Positions 17,464-23,499 of a DNA stretch of 45,335 bases are shown here, one piece after another; positions within the stretch are counted from its first letter, which is position 1; every line of letters starts with the position of its first letter. The notes beneath the pieces were generated by a model. The model was not told where the DNA came from. It saw only the letters and a program-made list of their open reading frames with translations, and made no database searches. Source of the stretch: Minisyncoccia bacterium (GTDB lineage: Bacteria; Patescibacteriota; Minisyncoccia; Phycocordibacterales; Phycocordibacteraceae); assembly GCA_041623915.1 (NCBI GenBank), contig JBFJWB010000002.1, positions 1 through 45,335 on the forward strand, in the 5' to 3' direction. The position numbers and the translations under genes were made by a program.

Positions 17464-18519
17464 ATGATTACAGCAACACTTGATTACTGGACAGCACAAA
17501 TATTTTTCGGTAATTCAGTTCAAGCATATCTTGTTGCTTTGGTGGTATTTGTGGTCGCTACCGTTGCGTTTGCAGTGCTCCAACGACTCGTTATTCGTAG
17601 ACTTGAGACGCTGTCTAAGCGCACGAAAAATAATATAGACGATGCGGTGGTTGCAATGGTTAAGAGTGTTCGTCCACACTTCTACTGGTTTATTGCGCTG
17701 TATTTGGGTTTAGCGACCATTACTTTGCCTGCATGGATTACAAAATGGTTAAGCATAATGCTTATGGTGTGGGTTTTGTATCAGGCTGTACGTGCCGGCA
17801 CAATTGCGATAGAGATACTTTTAGCAAAGCGCGGAGCTAAAGAAAGTGAAAAAGCCGCGAGGCAAATGTTGGTGAGTGTTGCAAAATGGGCGTTGTGGGT
17901 GACTGCAATAATGCTACTGCTTTCCAATCTTGGAGTGAACATTACATCACTCATTGCAGGCCTTGGTATTGGAGGTGTTGCAATTGCGTTCGCGCTCCAA
18001 AACATACTTTCTGATCTCTTCAGCTCATTTGCTATATATTTTGATAAGCCATTTGAAGTCGGAGATCTTATTGTTGTGGGAGACATTATCGGTACGGTTG
18101 ATCGTATAGGTATCAAAACGACTCGTCTTACTGCTCTTCGTGGCGAAGAGGTGGTTATTGCAAACAGAGAGCTTACTTCCACAAGTATTCAAAACTTCAA
18201 GAAGATGCAGGAAAGACGTATAGAAACAAAGTTTGGTATTACTTATGAAGTACCGCGTGCGACCGTTGCATCGCTATCTAAAAGGGTCCAAAAAGCGCTT
18301 GAAGCGATAGATGGTATTAGAGTAGATAGAGTACATCTATCTGGTTTTGGGGAATCCGCTATTGAGTATACGCTTGTGTATTACATAGCCTCTCCCAACT
18401 ACATGACTTACATGGATCTTCAGCAAGAAATAAATCTAGCGCTATTAGAATTGTTTGAAAAAGAGAAAGTCAGCTTTGCATATCCAACACGTGTTATTTA
18501 TACAAATCCATCCAGTTAA
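17464..18519 (+). CDS. MscS-family mechanosensitive channel
   Basis: N-terminal TM helices, pore helix region LIAGLGIGGVAIAFALQNILSDLFSS, beta-domain GDLIVVGDIIGTVDRIGIKTTRL. Confidence 0.88.
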   Translation: MITATLDYWTAQIFFGNSVQAYLVALVVFVVATVAFAVLQRLVIRRLETLSKRTKNNIDDAVVAMVKSVRPHFYWFIALYLGLATITLPAWITKWLSIMLMVWVLYQAVRAGTIAIEILLAKRGAKESEKAARQMLVSVAKWALWVTAIMLLLSNLGVNITSLIAGLGIGGVAIAFALQNILSDLFSSFAIYFDKPFEVGDLIVVGDIIGTVDRIGIKTTRLTALRGEEVVIANRELTSTSIQNFKKMQERRIETKFGITYEVPRATVASLSKRVQKALEAIDGIRVDRVHLSGFGESAIEYTLVYYIASPNYMTYMDLQQEINLALLELFEKEKVSFAYPTRVIYTNPSS

Positions 18520-19646
18520 TCTAATTCAAGTATACTCGCAAGAGTTGGTATAGCCTCTGCAAACACAGAAGCATACTCTATAGGAGAAGTTGACAGAAGA
18601 ATGTCTAAAGAAAGACCTGTCTCGCTAGTGTACGCTCTATGTATATATGATGCTGACAGGGCATTGACGTTTCTTGTGGAAGTATTACCTGTTATGGTGC
18701 TTGTGGTTATTATTCCTGCCAGTTTACCTGTCGCTGTTACAACACCTCCACCAGAAGACCCTTCCTGAGCGGCAGCTGACCCCCCAAGAGCTAGCACGTC
18801 TATCGTGCTTGTGGCAAAAGTAAACACGTTCTTCACAGATCCAAACACTACTGTAGGGAACAAGGATGACTGGATTTGTCCGGCAGACAGAAATTGTGCA
18901 GCATAAGTGCCAAGAATTACGGGATCACCTGACCTAGAAACATCAACATCTAGTGGAATATGAGGGAAATTTGTTGGCAATTCGTCTCGCGTCAGGCTTC
19001 CAGTGATGGCTAAAAAAGCAAAGTCATGCTCACCTGTCCCAACAGGTGACACTTGAGTTAAGGTTTTACTGTTTACAGAAAGCCAAAGCGGAGAAATATA
19101 TAGAAGTTTTGCCTCATATGTAATACGCGCAGGACTACCTGTACGCAGTGCGCAAGTCACTCCATGTTTTTCAAGTAGGAAATACTGCGCGACATGTGCA
19201 TTTGTAATTACAATGCCTTTCCCGTCTATAATTACACCGCTTCCGGAAGTGCCTTTTATGCGTGAACTATTTGGTGCGGTACATACAATGTTTACTAAGG
19301 CTGGACGTATTAGTGTAGCCGCTTTATCAAGGTCTGTTTGTGTTACTGCTGGACGAGGGGGATTGGTACTCTGTGTCTGCCTTGAGTCAGGAACAATATC
19401 CTCTATCTCTTCCGTGTAGTTTTCGGTACCTTCTTCAGGCAATTCTTCTTTTCCCTCTGTAAAGTCTTCATCCGAATGTGTAATTTCAACCACAGTATCC
19501 AGTGCGGCTACGTTATTTTTTGGAGTAGCCACTGTGTCAGGATTTTTTACAGGAGCAGAAACTTCATCAGGCACTATCCAAATAGTAAATAAAAGCACCG
19601 CCGATGCAATGATTCCAAAATACACAGAAATACGTACTAAATGCAT
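18516..19646 (-). CDS. membrane-anchored trypsin-like serine protease
   Basis: N-terminal TM segment. GSGVIIDGKGIVITNAHV (His) and QEGSSGGGVV (Ser). No PDZ domain recognised. Confidence 0.8.
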   Translation of the reverse strand: MHLVRISVYFGIIASAVLLFTIWIVPDEVSAPVKNPDTVATPKNNVAALDTVVEITHSDEDFTEGKEELPEEGTENYTEEIEDIVPDSRQTQSTNPPRPAVTQTDLDKAATLIRPALVNIVCTAPNSSRIKGTSGSGVIIDGKGIVITNAHVAQYFLLEKHGVTCALRTGSPARITYEAKLLYISPLWLSVNSKTLTQVSPVGTGEHDFAFLAITGSLTRDELPTNFPHIPLDVDVSRSGDPVILGTYAAQFLSAGQIQSSLFPTVVFGSVKNVFTFATSTIDVLALGGSAAAQEGSSGGGVVTATGKLAGIITTSTITGNTSTRNVNALSASYIHRAYTSETGLSLDILLSTSPIEYASVFAEAIPTLASILELD

Positions 19647-19731
19647 GATTAACTAACGCTACCGCAAAATGATACAAAACACACGTCACACCCTTCGCGT
19701 ATGACGTATTTTTTGGTATGCTCTTCTAATC

Positions 19732-19805
19732 GCGGGATTAGTTTAATGGTAGAACTTCAGTTTTCCAAACTGATAGCAGGAGTTCGATTCTCCTATCCCG
19801 CACCA
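19732..19805 (+). tRNA. tRNA-Gly (anticodon TCC), CCA encoded
   Basis: Acceptor gcgggat/atcccgc, anticodon loop ttTCCaa, T-arm aggag-ttcgatt-ctcct, 3' acca. Confidence 0.9.
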
Positions 19806-19895
19806 GAATTTGACTCAACGGTTTTTGACCGACGGGCGCATGGACGGCGCATAGCGCGTGGCATATCGTCATTTGTTTTGGAAATAGGTTAGAGC

Positions 19896-19924
19896 TTGAC
19901 AAACATTACTAAATGGTGTAGTAT
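19896..19924 (+). promoter_or_regulatory. sigma70-like promoter TTGACA-17-TAGTAT
   Basis: TTGACA at 19896-19901, 17-nt spacer, TAGTAT at 19919-19924. Confidence 0.55.
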
Positions 19925-20022
19925 TACATACGGAGTTTTCGGCTCAGGAAAGTAAGTATTAGAGCCGAGAAAATCGGGGAAGTGGACTCGCCCAATCTCG
20001 TCCACATTTGAGGGGAAATAAA

Positions 20023-20103
20023 ATGGCGTATTACGTGGATCCGAATGGCCTCATTTGGTTCTCATGGGAGGATTACTTGAAAGCCTTGAAAGGCTACAAG
20101 TAA
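20023..20103 (+). CDS. 26-aa aromatic-rich micro-ORF (MAYYVDPNGLIWFSWEDYLKALKGYK)
   Basis: SD-like gagggg at 20010-15, 7 nt before the ATG. About 90-nt leader with two hairpins (19939-68, 19982-20005). Its own terminator follows. Confidence 0.4.
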   Translation: MAYYVDPNGLIWFSWEDYLKALKGYK

Positions 20104-20113
20104 AACAATTCGC

Positions 20114-20149
20114 AAAAGACGGCACTGCAGTGAGTGTCGTCTTTATTTT
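20114..20149 (+). terminator. rho-independent terminator of the micro-ORF unit
   Basis: agacggcact-gcagtg-agtgtcgtct (10 bp, one G.U pair), followed by tttatttta. Confidence 0.7.
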
Positions 20150-20160
20150 ATATACAAACG

Positions 20161-20190
20161 AAAATAGCCACCTTTTCGGGTGGCTATTTT
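20161..20190. terminator. bidirectional terminator downstream of the orphan hup 3' fragment
   Basis: aaaatagccacc-ttttcg-ggtggctatttt. Confidence 0.7.
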
Positions 20191-20208
20191 CGTGAAAGAC
20201 GCACTGAT

Positions 20209-20305
20209 TATTTAACTGCGTCCTTGAGTGCTTTTGCGGCGCGGAACTTAGGAGTTCGTGTAGCAGCAATCTGAATAGTCTCACCAGTACGAGGGTTACG
20301 TCCTT
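20209..20305 (-). pseudogene. orphan 3' fragment of hup (last 31 codons); left copy of the 97-bp direct repeat
   Basis: 97/97 identical to 23114-23210. Embedded in the chimeric ORF 20208..20411, whose N-terminal 36 aa show no HU similarity. Confidence 0.85.
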
Positions 20306-20499
20306 TTGGCATGTGACTTATGAGAAATATTCTCACGAGGCCGTCTCGGCTCTGTTTCTTGATGGTGTACTCAAATGAACTTATGGAACGCCCGAACAAT
20401 CGCAAATCCATAGTGTGTTAGCAAGAAGGTTAATGTGTCATTGTGACGGAATGACGCGTCACATCAAGTGAAGAGATTGTGATAGAGGAGCTTCCCTAA

Positions 20500-21306
20500 T
20501 CAGATATTCTCTAGCTTTTTGCCACCTGCCCACAACAATTCAAAGATTGCGCTCATGGTTTGTCGTATCTCTATATTTTCAATAATAGTAGTAATCATGG
20601 GTTTTTTGAATGACGTGAGCGCTATCTTGTTTGCATAAATAATAATTTGCGCGGGGAGTGTGAATGTGTCGTCAGGATATACGCGTCGCTCAGTCAGGCG
20701 AGATCGATCGCGTTTAATGATTTCCGTATGAGAAAGAGTCTTGGCGCCTGTCTTTGGGAACGGGCCAATAATACGTGTATGGATACCGAGCGTTACTTGT
20801 TGTTGTATTTGATTCGACAAAAGCGTTAGTTGGTCTGGCTCAACATCATCAATGGCGGAACGAATTAGGTTTATATCCATTTTCTCATGCAGTATATCTT
20901 TATAAAGGTCAGTAAGGCTTGCTGTTCCCTGTAGGATACGTACTCCGGGTATTTGAGATGATGCAGTGTAGTCAGAGATAAGAGAGCCCATGACCCCTTG
21001 AATTGTGCTCTTTGAAATCTCCGCGCGCTCGAGTTGTTTACGTGCTAGCTCTTGAATAGCAAATGGATGGGTAGGTACAAATTGAGCTGGTTTACCAGGA
21101 AGCTCCTCTTTTGATACAAGGTTAGCGTCTATAAGACCTTCAAGGATTTTGTATATATAGGGGCGAGAAAGTTCAGTGATTTTAGCAAGGCGCCCAGCTT
21201 GCATGGCCCCCTTTCGGATAAGGGGCTCATACACAAGGACCTGTTCTTTGGTAAGCCCGGCCGCAGAAAGTGCTTGAAAATACAATGTGTCAATTTTTGC
21301 TGTCAT
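20500..21306 (-). CDS. TrmB-family winged-helix transcriptional regulator
   Basis: N-terminus LSAAGLTKEQVLVYEPLIRKGAMQAGRLAKITELSRPYIYKILEGLIDANLV is the TrmB-type wHTH pattern. 268 aa. GC is host-like. Confidence 0.7.
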   Translation of the reverse strand: MTAKIDTLYFQALSAAGLTKEQVLVYEPLIRKGAMQAGRLAKITELSRPYIYKILEGLIDANLVSKEELPGKPAQFVPTHPFAIQELARKQLERAEISKSTIQGVMGSLISDYTASSQIPGVRILQGTASLTDLYKDILHEKMDINLIRSAIDDVEPDQLTLLSNQIQQQVTLGIHTRIIGPFPKTGAKTLSHTEIIKRDRSRLTERRVYPDDTFTLPAQIIIYANKIALTSFKKPMITTIIENIEIRQTMSAIFELLWAGGKKLENI

Positions 21307-21408
21307 AAAATAGTTTACATTTTTAAGCTATAGTGAAAATATGCCCATTTCTATTCATTTTTTAGCATACAAAAGCCACAAATTAGTGTCAATAGATAAT
21401 ACCAAGTA

Positions 21409-21436
21409 TTGACTCTTACATAAAACCTGCTATGAT
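21409..21436 (+). promoter_or_regulatory. promoter TTGACT-16-TGcTATGAT (extended -10)
   Basis: Sits 35 nt upstream of the ATG at 21472. SD aagggag at 21458-64. Confidence 0.6.
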
Positions 21437-21471
21437 TAGTCTCAGACTCAGTTCAAAAAGGGAGTAGTACC

Positions 21472-21811
21472 ATGAAATATTTTGGCTTTGCGTTGGCGGA
21501 CTCGATGTTCGTCGGGGAGTGTGTTATCGTCCGCCGTAATCTTACGGTGGACGAGGTAAAGCTGGCGGTTCAGGAGGGTGTCGAGCCCTGTCTGAACCCG
21601 TCGCACCAGGCAACCATCAATGCCATGCGTTCGCGCTATGGCATTGATGTGGCGATCCCAGACGCTCCCCCCCCGGGTGTGTCTGGGTCACGGTGACTCG
21701 CTCATAGTTATGGGAGTCCGCGGCTTACCGCGGCTTACAAAAAGCCACGAATACAGCGATGAAGAGATCGCGGGAGCGACCTTCACATTCTCTCTGTACT
21801 CGGTCTCCTGA
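21472..21811 (+). pseudogene. DUF1874-like (STIV B116 / AcrIII-1 ring-nuclease family) gene interrupted by a frameshift in a C8 run
   Basis: ORFs 21472..21696 and 21620..21811 are in frames differing by +1. Removing one C from the run at 21667-21674 gives one 112-aa protein, ...CLNPSHQATINAMRSRYGIDVAIPDAPPRVCLGHGDSLIVMGVRGLPRLTKSHEYSDEEIAGATFTFSLYSVS. This follows the DUF1874 pattern (conserved His, GD-LIV strand, EE...F-F C-terminus). Confidence 0.6.
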
Positions 21812-21923
21812 GGTTAGCCTAGTCGGTGCCAGCCTGCCCGACGAAAAACCGCATATCACGGCACTCCATCAGTGAGTGAATCTGGCGCGGAACAGAAATA
21901 AAAGGTGAAACTGTTCCATATGT

Positions 21924-21985
21924 GGAAGTTTACTTCCCCTATCTATTGAGCGCTTAAACAAATGTTTGAGCTCTCATAGATACTT
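21924..21985 (+). repeat. 62-bp double-palindrome repeat, copy 1
   Basis: 60/62 identical to 22997-23058. Lies 31 nt upstream of the ATG at 22017. Confidence 0.85.
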
Positions 21986-22016
21986 TGTTCTTTTGCATTA
22001 AATAAAAGGAAAAAAA

Positions 22017-22712
22017 ATGAAAGAATTTTCTTTCAGTAGAAGGGGGCAGCGGCAGAGCATTCTGTTAGTTGACGTTTTTCGTATTGTGGGTGGAGAGCGA
22101 GTCCCGCTCGTCTACGATTCCATCCCGACAGAGGCTTTCTTCCCTGTTGTTTTCATCATCGGGCGCAATGTTAACAGAGCTCGCGCCCGAGCCGAGGATT
22201 TTATTAGCAAAAATCCTAGTTTTTCAGGAGGAGTCCTCTATGAGGACGATGGTTCGCTGTCATGTGGAGACAGCGCAACTCTCCTGCTCGTCAACCTCCC
22301 TGAAGTGGGGATGGTTGACGAGCCTCGTGTGATGAAAGCTAAGGCCGCAAAGACGGCCAAACAGCTTGCCGAGCGTGAGGAACAACTCAGGAAAAGTATA
22401 ATAGCCGGGCTCTCAGGACGATGGTTGTTAAACGCCCTGAGGGATGACAAGCACCCCTTCGTGCTGCTTATCGATCTGGTGGTCGGCTGCTCCACGGGCA
22501 CCATCTCGTGGAATACCTTACGTTCGGAAGAACGTAAGGTCGTAATTCAGCTTACTGCCCTAAACCAAAAGCTCGGGAAAGCATACATAGCCCTCTACTA
22601 TGGAAGCCCAGAGCTGCAGGAAGAACTGCGCAAGAACTTTCTTGCGGTGAAAGAGGAGGTGATAATGGCGGCAGCTGAAATTTCTTCTAACATAAAAACA
22701 AAGGAGAGTTAA
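22017..22712 (+). CDS. hypothetical protein (231 aa), high-GC orphan
   Basis: ATG preceded by aaaagga. Two-domain layout with a K/A-rich linker (KAKAAKTAKQLAEREEQLRK). No motif recognised. Confidence 0.6.
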   Translation: MKEFSFSRRGQRQSILLVDVFRIVGGERVPLVYDSIPTEAFFPVVFIIGRNVNRARARAEDFISKNPSFSGGVLYEDDGSLSCGDSATLLLVNLPEVGMVDEPRVMKAKAAKTAKQLAEREEQLRKSIIAGLSGRWLLNALRDDKHPFVLLIDLVVGCSTGTISWNTLRSEERKVVIQLTALNQKLGKAYIALYYGSPELQEELRKNFLAVKEEVIMAAAEISSNIKTKES

Positions 22713-22714
22713 GA

Positions 22715-22846
22715 ATGGACAAGAAAATGTCTAGGAGGACCAAGCATGGTGGGAAGACAGAACGGTGGGATACCCACCGTAACCTGAAGGTTGCGCGCAA
22801 GCGCAACCGGAAGAACGCACGTCGGATCGCCATTCTGGAGGGGTAA
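22715..22846 (+). CDS. 43-aa highly basic peptide (MDKKMSRRTKHGGKTERWDTHRNLKVARKRNRKNARRIAILEG)
   Basis: SD aaggag at 22701-06 inside the end of the upstream ORF. The ATG is 2 nt after the upstream stop, which suggests translational coupling. Below the ORF-track cutoff. Confidence 0.4.
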   Translation: MDKKMSRRTKHGGKTERWDTHRNLKVARKRNRKNARRIAILEG

Positions 22847-22996
22847 CGTCCCGATTACATCTCCAGAGTCGTTCTCTGGTAGCTCGAGAAAACCAACGAG
22901 TATAAATGTATGGTCGAGAGTTTGTATCACGGGTAGACACTCTCGTTAATAAAAAATCACACACGTGAGCCATTGAGGAAGCAGAGCCTCGTCGGG

Positions 22997-23058
22997 GGAA
23001 GTTTACTTCCCCTATCTATTGAGTGCTTAAACAAATGTTTGAGCACTCATAGATACTT
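22997..23058 (+). repeat. 62-bp double-palindrome repeat, copy 2
   Basis: Contains GGGGAAGT-TT-ACTTCCCC (22995-23012) and TGAGTGCTTAAACAAATGTTTGAGCACTCA (23020-23049). Confidence 0.85.
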
Positions 23059-23067
23059 ATTTTTTAA

Positions 23068-23098
23068 CAAAAGACCGCCAGCTTGCTGGCGGTCTTTT
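23068..23098. terminator. bidirectional terminator just downstream of the intact hup
   Basis: aaaagaccgccag-cttg-ctggcggtctttt. Confidence 0.75.
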
Positions 23099-23112
23099 GC
23101 GATAAGTAACGG

Positions 23113-23385
23113 CTATTTAACTGCGTCCTTGAGTGCTTTTGCGGCGCGGAACTTAGGAGTTCGTGTAGCAGCAATCTGAATAGTCTCACCAGTACGAGGG
23201 TTACGTCCTTGACGCGCTGGGCGTGCCTTTGTTGCGAAGATACCTAACCCTGCGATGGATACTTCCTCTCCTTGAGAAAGTGCCATAGTTACGTTCTCAA
23301 TAATTGTTTCAACAGCGCGCTCTGCGTCGGCCTTAGTCGAACCGAGCGTGTCTTGAACCTTGCTCACAATGTCTGCTTTGTTCAT
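23113..23385 (-). CDS. hup: HU-family DNA-binding protein
   Basis: MNKADIVSKVQ...[47 protein letters not shown] at 23385 is preferred over the extended ORF start at 23460. 90 aa. Confidence 0.92.
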   Translation of the reverse strand: MNKADIVSKVQDTLGSTKADAERAVETIIENVTMALSQGEEVSIAGLGIFATKARPARQGRNPRTGETIQIAATRTPKFRAAKALKDAVK

Positions 23386-23499
23386 GGAGTTTTTTTGACT
23401 ACTAAACCCCGCGGCCGATACGGAGGCGGGTATGGGGGCTAGTATACCTAGCCATTTCAATGGCTCAAGTGGTTGACATGGATAGGAAAGATGTCTTTA

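Larger units (their letters stand above)
20209..23210. mobile_element. candidate integrated island, or remnant, inserted at the hup 3' end; no integrase seen
   Basis: Perfect 97-bp direct repeats at both ends. Internal 1.5 kb at roughly 58-62% GC versus about 40% in the flanks. Virus/plasmid-type DUF1874 gene present. Different terminators lie outside each repeat. Confidence 0.5.

Noticed and set aside
20051-20284. 77-aa minus-strand ORF spanning two terminator hairpins and part of the hup repeat
   Set aside because: It runs through both terminators, is out of frame with the HU fragment, and overlaps the better-supported micro-ORF unit.
21924-21985. Integron attC-like site (imperfect palindrome of about 60 bp flanking a cassette)
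   Set aside because: The inner motifs (GCTTAAAC / GTTTGAG) do not fit the RYYYAAC / GTTRRRY core sites. No IntI-type integrase or attI is present.
22709-22973. Minus-strand ORFs of 73 and 80 aa in the high-GC cassette
   Set aside because: One has a GTG start and neither has an SD. Their composition is typical of spurious frames in GC-rich DNA. They are antisense to the SD-led, coupled 43-aa ORF. This is not excluded, and only expression data could decide.
23386-23460. 25-codon N-terminal extension of hup in the ORF track
   Set aside because: HU homology begins at MNKADIV (23385). The extension is a hydrophobic read-through of the promoter region.
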